A DNA stretch of 63,109 nucleotides, filler included, from Octopus bimaculoides (GCF_001194135.2; 5 parts of 5 records of this genome joined end to end with filler, not necessarily neighbours in it); one strand, 5' to 3'. Positions 1-11,989 are shown, numbered from the whole stretch's first letter. A program made the numbers and translations. The notes: generated by a model from the letters alone, not told the origin.

Positions 1-290
1 TTAGGAAGGGCATCCAGCTGTAGAAACTCTGCCAAATCAGACTGGAGCCTGGTGTTGCCATCCGGTTTCACCAGTCCTCAGTCAAATCGTCCAACCCATG
101 CTAGCATGGAAAGCGGATGTTAAACGACGATGATGATGATGATGATGATATGGCATTAGAAAGGCATCCAGCTGTAGAAACTGCCAAATCAGATTGGAGC
201 CTGGTGTAGCCATCCGGTCTCACCAGTCCCCAGTCAAATCGCCCAACCCATGCTAGCATGGAAAGCGGACGTTAAACGATGATGATGGTG
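1..290 (+). mobile_element. Two tandem 3' ends of SINE/LINE-tail family C ending in (GAT)n
   Basis: aagggcatccagctgtagaaac...catgctagcatggaaagcggacgttaaacgatgatga occurs twice. Other copies: 5177-5452(+), 14608-14712(-), 15700-15820(-), 20477-20830(-), 33284-33660(+), 39000-39200(-). Confidence 0.8.
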
Positions 291-442
291 ATATAGGAAA
301 AATTTAATTGTCACTAAGTGTGGCTAAAGGTGCTGATGCACCTACATTGCTAATAATAATAGTTAAAATACTCTTAAGGCTGTAGGAAGAGCACAGATAC
401 ATAAATGCTAATCGGGGAGGCAACTGCTCCATGCCAACTTGA

Positions 443-581
443 AAATCCCCAGACTAGACATCTAGTTTCATCTTTTCCTTAGACATCATCAGGTGGATTA
501 AGCCAAACATGTGCTGTTTGAGCAGTCCTCACTGACAATGTTTATGGAATGGATGAAACTAGATGTCTAGTTTAGGGATTT
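443..581. repeat. Short inverted-repeat (MITE-like) element
   Basis: actagacatctagtttcatc (453-472) and gatgaaactagatgtctagt (552-571) form a perfect 20-bp pair, extending to 30 bp with 2 mismatches. Confidence 0.8.
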
Positions 582-1017
582 GAGTAATGTTAAGGCTCAA
601 ATAATATGACTACTCAGAAAATATGAAAAAGCAAAAATCCCAAAAAGCATTAAGAATGTTGTAAGAGGAAGGGGCATAATTCTATTCATAGAATGTAGGT
701 TATCTCTCTTTAACATGATAGATAAGAATAGTGAACCAGCGACTATAAAGTCAGACAGTCAGTTATTGTAGGAGGTCAGTAGTAGTAGAGCCGTTGCATG
801 TGTTCTCAGTTGGAGCCAGTGTCAGTTATGTGATATATACAAGTTCGAGTTACCGTCAGAGTAGACATTTCAAAGTCATTGTCTTGCAGAGCTATCAGTG
901 ATAGCAAAATAGACAAGTCAAAGATAATAAGATGTGGAATACCACCGTAACATAATAATGGTGACAACACGATTACAGTGCCAATGGCAAGAAACACAAT
1001 ATACATCAAGAGATAAA

Positions 1018-1295
1018 CCCATGTATGGCATGTGTTGGTAGGTACTTGAGAAAAGAGTGTCCATTCAAAAAAGTGAAGTGTTTACGTAGTGGGAACTTAC
1101 GACACAGTAAACCGCACTGCAGAACTAAGATGGCAAAAAATTGGACCAAATAAGAAAAAATGAATAGTTTGTCATCAGAGAATAAAGTTTGTACAACGAA
1201 CAGAAAATTCATAAAGGTGAGAATCAAAACCCTAGTGTCTAAAATGCAATTAGACACAGGTAGTGACATCACTATCATAAATGATGAGAAATAGT
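1018..1295 (+). mobile_element. Ty3/Gypsy LTR-retrotransposon relic (gag zinc knuckles + aspartic protease)
   Basis: PCMAC...ECPFKKVKCLRSGNLRH...HC is a degenerate double zinc knuckle. It is followed by KMQLDTGSDITII (DTG at 1253-1261), with in-frame stops. Confidence 0.65.
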
Positions 1296-1429
1296 AAACT
1301 GAAATCATTTAAATCAAATAAAGTAGCATGTGGTGTTACAGGAAAGAAATTATATTTCATCAGTGAAATTTATGTGTTGCAAAAAATCACTAAACCTATT
1401 TGACACAGAATGCATGGAGTTATTTAAAA

Positions 1430-1457
1430 CTAGCAGAGATACCCGACGTTGCTCGGG
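1430..1457 (-). mobile_element. Helitron-type 3' terminus
   Basis: On the minus strand a GC-rich hairpin CCCGA-gcaacg-TCGGG is followed 8 nt later by CTAG and then T. Confidence 0.55.
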
Positions 1458-1677
1458 ATTAAAATAGCATAGGTTTTCATTATTTTGTCTCAGTCATGTG
1501 AGTGTGGCAATGCTGGAGCACCACCTTTAGTCAAAGAAATTGACCCCAGGATTTATTCTTTGTAAGCCTAGTACCTATTCTATTGGGGTGTTTTGTTAAA
1601 TGGCTAAGTTACAGGGATGTAAGCACAGCAACATCGGTTGTTAAGTGATGATGGGGTATAAGCACACACACACACAC

Positions 1678-1715
<38 letters not shown>

Positions 1716-1786
1716 CAGTCTTCTTTCAGATATGTTTGAGTGTGTTCATAGTTCAATCGTTTGATCAAAATCTTTTGATCACACAG

Positions 1787-1867
1787 GGAGCTTAAGAAGG
1801 ATTTCTTAGCACCAAACAAACCAACTGCTGAAGACAATGAAGAAAAAGAAAAAAGAAAAAAGAGGAG
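1787..1867 (+). CDS. Candidate upstream carboxypeptidase exon encoding a polybasic (furin-like) linker
   Basis: cacacag|...ag|gtattt, 81 nt, phase 2 at both ends, open frame ELKKDFLAPNKPTAEDNEEKEKRKKR. It joins the 6985 exon to give RKKRS-LISKEE. There is no homology proof. Confidence 0.35.
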
Positions 1868-2200
1868 GTATTTGGTCAATATAGTCATCTATATTAGTTG
1901 TCAACCTTAACCGATTATAGGCTCTTAAGACAGGTGAATAGTATTGACATCCAGTAAAGAGATTTTGTTGCCTTACAACCTCCTTAGGGACATTGGCAGG
2001 CTGTTGGTGATTATTTTGGAAAAAAATCCGGGGAAGTATTCTCAAATATACAAATCAAATGGCAGCTAGCCTACTATTAGATATTTTAAACCTGAAATAT
2101 CAAAATCTATATTTGCTACAAATTTGTATCAGTATAAACAGTTAACAGTAATGGTTTAGTCAAGTAATTAGGGATTATAAATAAACTATAACAGATAAAG

Positions 2201-2670
2201 TTGTTGCTGTTGGTACTCCGTTGCTTACGACGTCAAGGGTTCCAGTTGATCCGATCAACGGAACACCCTGCTCGTGAAATTAACGTGCAAGTGGCTGAGC
2301 ACTCCACAGACACATGTATCCTTAACATAGTTCTCGGGGATATTCAGTGTTATTTCTTTACTACCCACAAGGGGCTACACACAGAGGGGACAAACAGGGA
2401 CAGACAAACGGATTAAGTCGACACAGTGTGACACAGAGTGTGACAAGGCTGACCCTTTGAATTACAGGCACAACAGAAACAGGAAGAAAGAGTGAGAGAA
2501 AGTTGTGGTGAAAGAGTACAGCAGGGTTCACCCCCACCCTACCTGCCGGAACCTTCCGGAGCTTTAGGTTTTTTCACTCAATAAACACTCACAACGCCCA
2601 GCCTGGGAATTGAAACCGCGATCTTATGACTGCGAGTCCGCTGCCCTAACCACTGGGCCATTGTGCCTCC
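2201..2670 (-). mobile_element. SINE family B copy with a nested family D fragment
   Basis: Matches 18759-19146 except for an insert at ~2350-2420. Confidence 0.8.
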
Positions 2671-3299
2671 AAACAGATAATGTAACAATAAGACCAAGAC
2701 TACAATTATCATCATCATCATTTAACATCTGTGTTCCATGCTGGCATGGGTTGGACGGTTTGACAGGAGCTGGCCAGCCAGAAGATTGGTGACGACATCA
2801 CAATTCCCACAACTCGGAACTGCCAAAGTGGATTTTCAGCACACACACATTTAGAAAGAAATAATGATTTCAAATTTTCACACAAGGCCAGTAATTTTGG
2901 AGGTAGAGTTGTTGATTACATCAACCCTGTTCTCAACCGGTCCTTAATTTATTGACCCTGAAAGGGCAGATAAAATGCCGCTAAGCATTTTGGCCAGCAT
3001 GCTAACGATTCTGTCAGTTCAACACCTGAATTGGAAAAGAAATAACAAGCAGAAAACAGGTGTGATGTTTACAGCTTTACAGAACATATGTTCATTTAAC
3101 AAATAGAGACATTATGCAATACTTAAGTATGGGTTTGTAAATATANNNNNNNNNNTATATATATATATATATATATATAAAAACATATATATACATATAT
3201 ATACATATATATACACATATGTATGTACATACATACTTACATGTGTATATGTATATAAAATAGTTCATAGAGAGAACAATGACGCTGTCAGCTTAAGTG

Positions 3300-3386
3300 T
3301 TGTATTCCAGTAGTTGTAGTAGTAGTAATAGCAACAGCAACAAATAGTAGTGGTGGTGGTGGTGGTAGTAGTAGTAGTAGTAATAA

Positions 3387-3449
<63 letters not shown>

Positions 3450-3478
3450 AGGTGGTAGTGGTATTAGTAGTGGTGGTG

Positions 3479-3510
<32 letters not shown>
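3300..3510. repeat. (GTA)n/(GGT)n compound microsatellite
   Basis: Direct reading; it explains the poly-Val and poly-Leu ORFs. Confidence 0.95.
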
Positions 3511-3512
<2 letters not shown>

Positions 3513-3931
3513 AAAAAGTGGTTTCATCACATCATGGGTTACTGTTAATGTCTAAGTCCACCAAAGACAGTCGTTATGTCCGCCCTCTTATCATTTGTGA
3601 TTACTATGGCTGTTGCCGTTGTTGTTTTTCTTGTCGTTGTTGTTATTGATATGGTTGGTGTTACTGGCACTCCGCTGAAGGTTCCTGGTTCAAATACTAC
3701 CCAAGGATATTCCACGTAAGTCATTTGATATAGTTATTTATCATTGTTATTGTTGTTGGTTTAATCGCAGCTGCTGTTGGTGCAGTTGCTGTTGGTGCAG
3801 CTGTTACTATTGTTGATGTTATTATCATTGTCATGTAGATGACACTGTTGTCCAAAATGCTTTATGATTTTCTAAAATCTCTTTAGAGGCTGCTTATCTA
3901 CACCTTAATTTTCCATCTACTTTCATCTACT

Positions 3932-3965
<34 letters not shown>

Positions 3966-4383
3966 NNNNNNNNNNNNNNNNNNNNNNNNNNNNNNNNNNN
4001 NNNNNNNNNNNNNNNNNNNNNNNNNNNNNNNNNNNNNNNNNNNNNNNNNNNNNNNNNNNNNNNNNNNNNNNNNNNNNNNNNNNNNNNNNNNNNNNNNNNN
4101 NNNNNNNNNNNNNNNNNNNNNNNNNNNNNNNNNNNNNNNNNNNNNNNNNNNNNNNNNNNNNNNNNNNNNNNNNNNNNNNNNNNNNNNNNNNNNNNNNNNN
4201 NNNNNNNNNNNNNNNNNNNNNNNNNNNNNNNNNNNNNNNNNNNNNNNNNNNNNNNNNNNNNNNNNNNNNNNNNNNNNNNNNNNNNNNNNNNNNNNNNNNN
4301 NNNNNNNNNNNNNACGGGGACATAAACACACCAGCATCGGTTGTCAAGCAATGCTAGGGGGGGACAAACACAGACACACAAAC

Positions 4384-4416
<33 letters not shown>

Positions 4417-5765
4417 CATATATATACGACGGGCTTCTTTCAGTTTCCATCTACCAAATCCACTCACAAGGCTTTGGTCGGCCCGAGGCTATAGTAGAAG
4501 ACACTTGCCCAAGATATCACGCAATGGGACTGAACCCGGAACCATGTGGTTGGTAAGCAAGTTAGTTACCACACAGCCACTCCTGATCATCATCATTATT
4601 ATTATTATTTATTATTATTATTTATTATTATGCTTGATTGGAATAATCCTTAGGATCATTACAGCATCAGACCTTTTACTTTGCAGTATTTCTTCTGCCT
4701 CTTTAGGTTCTGGGCTCAGTTCCCACTGAAGTCACCTTTAATTATCATCCTTCGATCGTCAAAAAGTAAATTACCAGTTGGATATGCTACTGACATTAAC
4801 CTACATTAATTAACTTTCAGCAATAAAATTTCTCTCATTTTCCTCAGACATTCACTTTGATTTATGAACTTGTTTTCTGTTATCTTTTAAGCATTAATCA
4901 TTCTTAGTCAAATCTTCTACAACAATGCTGTCAACTGCTGCCGAATGAAACACGAGTTGGCTCACAGTCATATATAATAAGAAAATATATATATAAAGTC
5001 AAGAGTTTGGAAAAATTTTTGGCATCAGCTATTTACCATTAGATGTGTTCCATTTGCTGATAGAAGTTACCAAACTGTACATGTAGAAGAAATATGTAAG
5101 ATGTTTCCTATTTAAAATACTTCAGGCAGAGAATCAAATAATACAAAAAGTTTATATATATATATACATTCGAGCGAGTTCGTTGCCAGTACCGCTGGAC
5201 TGGCTCCTGTGCAGGTGGCACGTAAAATACACCATTTCGAGCTTGGTCGTTGCCAGTACCGCCTGATTGGCCTTCGTGCCGGTGGTACATAAAAGCACCC
5301 ACTACACTCTCTGAGTGGTTGGCGTTAGGAAGGGCATCCAGCTGTAGAAACTCTGCCAGATCAGATTGGAGCCTGATGTAGCCATTCGGTTCACCAGTCC
5401 TCAGTCAAATCGTCCAACCCATGCTAGTATGGAAAGCGGAAGTTAAATGATATTATCTATCTATATATATATATATATATATATNNNNNNNNNNNNNNNN
5501 NNNNNNNNNNNNNNNNNNNNNNNNNNNNNNNNNNNNNNNNNNNNNNNNNNNNNNNNNNNNNNNNNNNNNNNNNNNNNNNNNNNNNNNNNNNNNNNNNNNN
5601 NNNNNNNNNNNNNNNNNNNNNNNNNNNNNNNNNNNNNNNNNNNNNNNNNNNNNNNNNNNNNNNNNNNNNNNNNNNNNNNNNNNNNNNNNNNNNNNNNNNN
5701 NNNNNNNNNNNNNNNNNNNNNNNNNNNNNNNNNNNNNNNNNNNNNNNNNNNNNNNNNNNNNNNNN

Positions 5766-5938
5766 TGAGTTGCTTCTCCAACATACTGAAAATTTAGAAA
5801 TAGCAGTCAAAGAACTACTGATTCTAAACTACAAATTTTTCTCTAAACGGATGGCGTTTAGAGAAAAATTTGTAGTTTAGAATCAGTAGTTCTTTGACTG
5901 CTGTTTCTAAATTTTCAGTATGTTGGAGAAGCAACTCA
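5766..5938. repeat. Near-perfect inverted repeat: 84-bp arms, 5-nt loop
   Basis: 5766-5849 is the reverse complement of 5855-5938 with one mismatch (T opposite G). Loop gatgg. Confidence 0.95.
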
Positions 5939-6984
5939 ATGCTAATCCCTGTATATTTATGATGATATATATATATATATATGTTTGTATGTATGTATAC
6001 ATAAATATATACCAGAGTAACCAAATAAGTGTGAAACAAGGTGGAAAAAAGAGTACTCAAATACCAGAGGTAGAGTGATATGCTTTATCAAAAAGCAGCA
6101 AAAATATCATAAAAACTGTTAGAGTTTCACATTCCTATTCGTTGGACAATTTTGTTTAGAATGAAACAAGATAAAGTTATATGCAGAAACACGAATACTT
6201 AGAGAGGTACACATTTGAAAACGGTTTTGGTTCGTTGGTCCTTCCAACTAATGGCCAATTCAATAACCTGTTGCATGAAATATCAAATTGCGGTCTAAAA
6301 TCATATTATTATAAAAATTTAAGAAAACCTTACATCAAAAATAGCTTATGAAGAAGGAAAAAGGCCTGAATATCCCTGATAAATAATTATAAAAATAATA
6401 ATAAATTAATAAATTAAAAGATATATTCGTTTAAAAATTTTTCATGCTAAATTACATATACATTTAACAATACACATACCAAACAGTTGTGGTTGTGGGA
6501 CGACATTTATTGCCCTACGAATACAGCTTGTAATGGAAGCAGATAAACGTTGGCTAAATTGAGCCTCTACCATCAGGGTAGAAACAAATGCTTATATTTC
6601 AGATTATGTATCATGTGTGTATATGTGTATGCATGTGTGTGTGTGTGTGTGTGAGAGTGTGTGTATTTACATATATATTGGTTTATAATTTTGGCATAAG
6701 GCAAGCAATTTTGTGGGGGAGAAGGTAAGTCAATTATATTGACCCCCAGTGTTGAACTGGTACTTATTTCATCAACCCCAAAAGGATGACAAGCAAAGTT
6801 GACACCAGTGGAGTTTGGGGGGTCAGAACATAAAATTGGATGAAATGCCGTTAAGCATTTTTTTTTTCTGACATGCTAATGATTCTGCCAGCTTTCCACC
6901 ATAGATAAAAAACCCCCAAATATTAACAAACACACACACACACATACATATTTATATATATATATACATATATTTCTTCCCTAG

Positions 6985-7066
6985 TTTAATTAGCAAAGAG
7001 GAAGTGCTCAGGGCTGAAACTGGACATAATGGAATAGACATTGATCATTATCTTGCTTTGCAGGAG
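6985..7066 (+). CDS. M14A carboxypeptidase exon: end of pro-region and N-terminus of mature enzyme
   Basis: ccctag| acceptor and |gtaagt donor. Reads (x)LISKEEVLRAETGHNGIDIDHYLALQE, positionally like the 'LLDEE...YHTLEE' segment of CPA/B. Ends in phase 0, in frame with the 9930 exon. Confidence 0.8.
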
Positions 7067-7236
7067 GTAAGTACACACTGGACATTGTTTCTTTGTCATT
7101 CTCTTTCACTTTTCTGTTCGGTTCTCTTTTCTTTATTCTCTCTTTCCCCAACGTATATATATATATGTGTGTGTGTATGTATGTGTGTGTGTATGTATGT
7201 GTGTGTATAAATATTCTATATATCTATATATATATA

Positions 7237-7622
7237 GGCGCAGGAGTGGCTGTGTGGTAAGTAGCTTGCTTACCAACCACATGGTTCCGGGTTCATTCCC
7301 ACTGCGTGGCACCTTGGGCAAGTGTCTTCTACTATAGCCTCGGGCCGACCAAAGCCTTGTGAGTGGATTTGGTAGACGGAAACTGAAAGAAGCCTGTCGT
7401 ATATATATATATATATGTTTGTGTGTCTGTGTTTGTCCCCCCAACATCGCTTGACAACCGATGGTGGTGTGTTTACGTCCCCGTAACTTAGCGGTTCGGC
7501 AAAAAGAGACCGATAGAATAAGTACTAGGCTTACAAAGAATAAGTCCTGGGGTCGATTTACTCGACTAAAGGCGGTGCTCCAGCATGGCCACAGTCAAAT
7601 GACTGAAACAAGTAAAAAAAAA
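7237..7622 (+). mobile_element. tRNA-headed SINE family A, full-length reference copy
   Basis: A-box-like tggctgtgtggtaag, B-box-like ggttccgggttcattccc, internal (TA/TG)n and 3' ...gactgaaacaagtaaaa. Other copies: ~1490-1720(-), 4314-4585(-), 10097-10260(+), 10507-10778(+), 10821-11222(-), 11740-12035(-), 14850-15065(+), 15465-15670(-), 26001-26368(-), 29390-29555(-), 36478-36740(+), 43644-43805(+). Confidence 0.85.
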
Positions 7623-8699
7623 AAATATATAGATAGATAGATAGATAAAGTGAGATAAAGACCTTTAAACTCAGCATCCTATTAAGGAGTTGTTTAATGT
7701 CTACTTGTCAGTGGTAAGAAAATGATTTGTGGTCAGGTCAATCTACTAAATTATCAAGGTCGTTTGTGATGGAACCAAAACCCAATTTCATCTCCACAAG
7801 AGGGCAAGGCAGAGGGTAGTAATAAAGAAGGGAGGGATGGGAAAGGGATGATTAGGAGAAAGAAGAAAGAAAGAAAGCTAACCCAACCGTTATTAATTGG
7901 CATATTAATAGAGGAAGACTTTGAACGATAATGGAATAAGGGTTATAGGGGTAAAGCCCTTAACTAGGAGCAGGATTCATTGCACGGGAATAAAAACAAA
8001 CTACTACAATTTAGTAGAGTTTGCATATTATTGTCTACATAGACTGCAAGAATATTATTCAGCTGACACTTATGTACCAAGTTTGATATTTACTTAATAA
8101 TGTTGAGTGTGTATATTATTCCGACCTATCAAGGTGTCTCAATTTAAGTACCTAATTCAACTGAATCTTATTTGTATTATATATACATACATACATATAT
8201 ATGTATATATATATAATTGATCGAAGAAAAAGAATAGATGTTTATTCCATTATTTGACAAGCTGTTTCGTAATCCATATCAATTACATGATTCACACAAT
8301 ATAATCTGCCATCATATACCAATATAAATAGAAAAGAAACAGATAAATAAATAAATAGATAAATAGTGTACACAGGTACTAAATGTACTTCCTACACAAT
8401 ACTGTACTTGCTATAGCCTAAATTCCCTTAAATCTATGATTAATCGCAGTGACTAGGAAACCCCTGTAAATCTACCCCTTCTAAATTAATATATCTTGTT
8501 TTTCTAGATTTCTGTATTTCTACCTTGCTTAGTTTAACTAATCGCAGTCCAGTGGGGTTGGTTTTGATTGGCAGTTTAGCATTAGCATGCGAAGACAGCA
8601 ATGATAAATATGATTGGTGTATATTTTTAATCTATGAACAATTAGCTGTAGATCTTTCTCATAAATTAATTATACAAGTGTACAACTCATCCTTTCAAA

Positions 8700-9800
8700 A
8701 TTATGTTTAATAGAAAATAATTTATTTATCTGAGTTTTAACATCATCTCCTTTGAAACAGTCGCTTTCCGCAGCACTTCACTGGTCTCAGTATTCCTGTC
8801 ACTTTTGGAATCCGACCTGAAAGTTGTTTTCCGTAAGTGAGTCTGCAAATTCACTCTGGATCTCGACAACAGTGTTAAAACAGTGGCCTTTGAGCTGCCG
8901 TTTCATCTTGGGGAAGAGATGGAAATCCGCAGGTACTGAATCTGATGAACAGGGCAGGAGCAGAAGTGATACCATGTTGCTTTTGGTGAGACACTCACAA
9001 GTAAGGGGAGCTTTGTAACAGGGTGCATTATCGAAATGAAGAATCCAGTTCTTTGCGCTCCACAGATCTGGTTGCTTTTGTTGAATGTTTTCCCACAAAC
9101 ACTTCAAAATATCACAGTAGAACTCTCAATTGATGGTCTGGCACTGGAAGATGAACTTGCGATGCACAATATTATGAATGTCGAAAAAGACGATGAGTAT
9201 GCTCTTCGATGAGTACGTTGTTCATTGAGCTCTAGCTCTGCTGAGCCATCTTCGGTCATAGAGATGAAGGGCTCTTCCATTGTGACGACTGCTGCTTCAT
9301 CTTAGGGCCATACCTGTAGTCCCAAATCTCATCACCGGTGATGAACCTTAACATCAAGGCCGAATCTTCAGCTGCATGCTAATAGGGATCTTGACAAACT
9401 TCAGTGCAATGTTCTTTCTGCTCAGTGCTCAGCAAGCAGGGGACAAAATTGGCAGAGCCATGCAGCATGTTCAATTCAGACTTTAGCACAGACCCATACG
9501 ATAGACCAACAACATCAGCAATGTCTCTGATTGTCCTCCGACGATCTTTATAAATTTTCTCCACATTTCCAGGACGACATTCATGGCAGGTCATCCGGTT
9601 AGCTCGTCGTTTTCCAGGGACGTTCTTCTGTCACTTCAAACCATATGTACGACCTGTTGCCTCGTCACTGTAAGCTTGCCAAAGCATGCTCAATCTCTCT
9701 ATAGCAGACTTCTCAAGTTTAATGCAAAATTTCTGGTTGGCTCTTTGTTCTTGTCCATGGCAAATATTACAGACTACTTTGACACGATAGCAGAAAACTG
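8700..9800 (-). mobile_element. Decayed mariner transposon
   Basis: RRRTIRDIADVVGLSYGSV...FVPCLLS (HTH and linker); WILHFDNAP...SDSVPADFHLFPKMKRQLKG (catalytic domain). Same family as 59778-60591. Confidence 0.85.
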
Positions 9801-9929
9801 ACTAGTTTTGAAATCAACCAATTTTAGTCTAAATCAAGTAAAATGGCAAACTCAATAGAATTTATGTTAAATATTTTTTCCCCCGAATTATTTATGTTTC
9901 ATTCTGTAACTTTAATCTTTCTTTAACAG

Positions 9930-10028
9930 TATTCAGGGTTCATGAAGGAAATCAACAGCAGCTACCCAAATGCAGAAGTGATGATTTATGGTAAATCTTA
10001 TGAAGGCAGGGACCTCATGGCTGTGAAG
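9930..10028 (+). CDS. M14A carboxypeptidase exon
   Basis: ttaacag|...|gtatt, 99 nt. YSGFMKEINSSYPNAEVMIYGKSYEGRDLMAVK contains the conserved G-x-S-Y-E-G-R motif. Confidence 0.93.
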
Positions 10029-10362
10029 GTATTATTTAATCATTTATTCATTTAATTAACTATTTAAATCATTTTAATTATTTCATAGAAAGCATGGGTG
10101 TGGCTGTGTAGTGAAAAGCAAGCTTCCCAACCACATGATTTTGAGATCATTTCCACTGCGTGGCACCTTGGTCAAGTGTCTTCTACTCTAGCCTCAGGCT
10201 GACCAAAGCCTTGTGAGTGGATTTGGTAGACGGAAACTGAAAGAAGCTTGTTGTATGTGTGCGTGTACAAGTATTACAGTTCTTCTCCTGAATATACATT
10301 AAAAAAGTATTCCTTAACTTAAAAATAAAATGTAACAAACTGAAAATTTTTCCTTTCTTCAG

Positions 10363-10461
10363 TTTTACCGAAATTCATGTAACCCAACAATCTTTGTCGA
10401 AGCTGGAATTCATGCAAGAGAATGGATAGCTTCAGCAGTAACCTTCAAGATCATTAATACT
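10363..10461 (+). CDS. M14A carboxypeptidase exon with Zn ligands His69/Glu72
   Basis: tttcttcag|...|gtaagt, 99 nt. FYRNSCNPTIFVEAGIHAREWIASAVTFKIINT contains GIHAREWI. Confidence 0.96.
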
Positions 10462-10506
10462 GTAAGTACTTAAAGACTTTTTTGTTCCGTATGTGATCTT
10501 ATTCAG

Positions 10507-10778
10507 AGGCGTAGGAGTAACGAACCACATGGTTCCGGGTTCAGTCCCACTAGCGTGGCACCTTGGGCAAATGTCTTCTACTATAGCGTCGGGCCAACCA
10601 AAAGCCTTGTGAGTGGATTTGGTAGACGGAAACTGAAAGAAGCCCGTCATGTATATGTATGTGTGTGTATATGTTTGTGTGTCTGTGTTTGTCCCCCCCC
10701 CCCTCCAACATCGCCTGACAACCAATGCTGGTGTGTTTACGTCCCCGTAACTTAGCAATTCGGCAAGAGAGACCGAAT
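10507..10778 (+). mobile_element. SINE family A copy (carboxypeptidase intron)
   Basis: High similarity to 7237-7520. Confidence 0.85.
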
Positions 10779-10820
10779 TATGTTATGGCTTCCAGATTTC
10801 AATTTTGTACTTACTCTCTC

Positions 10821-11019
10821 TTTTACTTGTTTAAGTCATTTGACTGTGGCCATGCTGGAGCACCGCCTTTAGTCGAGCAAATCGACCCCAGGACTTATTC
10901 TTTGTAAGCCTAGTACTTATTCTATCCGTCTATTTTTGCCGAACCGCTAAGTTACGGAGACGTAAACACATCAGCCTCGGTTGTCAAGCGAAGTTGAGGG
11001 GACAAACACAGACACACAT

Positions 11020-11073
<54 letters not shown>

Positions 11074-11222
11074 ACAACAGGCTTCTTTCAGTTTCCATCT
11101 ACCAAATCCACTCACAAGGCTTTGCTCTGCCCGAGGCTATAGTAGAAGACACTTGCCCAAGGTGCCAAGCAGTGGGACTGAACCCAGAACCATGCGGTTG
11201 GTGAGCAAGCTACTTGCCACAC
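10821..11222 (-). mobile_element. SINE family A copy, inverted relative to 10507-10778
   Basis: Reverse complement of 7237-7622. Confidence 0.85.
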
Positions 11223-11451
11223 ATTTGTAGAATGACATTGTAGGGTAGGTGTAAGACGTTGGATCTGGTAAATTTGAACATAGAAGTAAAATATTTCGAC
11301 CTGATAGGGCCTGTTTAAATTGCTAAAGGGTTGACTTGTCTCAAAGAATTTGAGACAAACGAAGACTCGTAAGCGCTGACCGTTCTTCCTTGACAAAACC
11401 ATAAAACCTTGCTTAAAGCCTTAATCACCCATGTTACCATGATCTTTCCAG

Positions 11452-11562
11452 ATTGCTAGAAACAGCAGCCAAGATGAAGAAATGTCAAAACTACTGGACT
11501 TATACAACTGGGTGTTTGTGCCACTGGTCAACCCTGATGGATATGACTTTTCACGTCACGAG
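11452..11562 (+). CDS. M14A carboxypeptidase exon
   Basis: ctttccag|...|gtaagt, 111 nt. IARNSSQDEEMSKLLDLYNWVFVPLVNPDGYDFSRHE contains NPDGY. Confidence 0.96.
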
Positions 11563-11933
11563 GTAAGTAACAGTTGTCTAGCCCTGAGTCAGTCAAATCA
11601 AGTATACCAGTGACCAATTGAAGGTGTTCCAGCCAGGACCATCTTGTACTGCTTTTATATTACAGTTTTCTCTAACCCTGCACAGTGAGACTTTTTTTAT
11701 GAGTGAAGAGAATAACGTGCTGTTTTTACACCTCTCTTTTATTGTTTCAGTCATTTGACTGCGGCCATGCTGGAGCACCGCCTTTTAGTCGAGCAAATCG
11801 ACCCCAGGACTTATTCTTTGTAAGCCTAGTACTTATTCTATCGGTCTCTTTTGCCGAACCGCTTAGTGACGGGGACGTAAACACACCAACATCGGTTGTC
11901 AAGCGATGTTGGGGGGACAAACACAGACACACA

Positions 11934-11989
<56 letters not shown>

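Noticed and set aside
806-1308. Two hydrophobic minus-strand ORFs resembling a membrane protein
   Set aside because: Better explained as the antisense of the Gypsy gag/protease relic.
3288-3649. Poly-Leu/poly-Val ORFs and the many YI, CV, HT and SIYL ORFs or X-filled ORFs across the track
   Set aside because: Translations of microsatellites or N-runs, with no splice or homology support.
4695-4800. FWAQFPLKSP reading as a possible pro-domain 'DFW' exon
   Set aside because: It lacks the rest of the pro-domain pattern and has no compatible donor.
8508-8617. Signal-peptide-like reading VGLVLIGSLALACEDSNDKYDW after a good acceptor
   Set aside because: It lies between two exons (7066 and 9930) that already join in frame with family-typical sequence. 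The donor is weak and there is no ATG.
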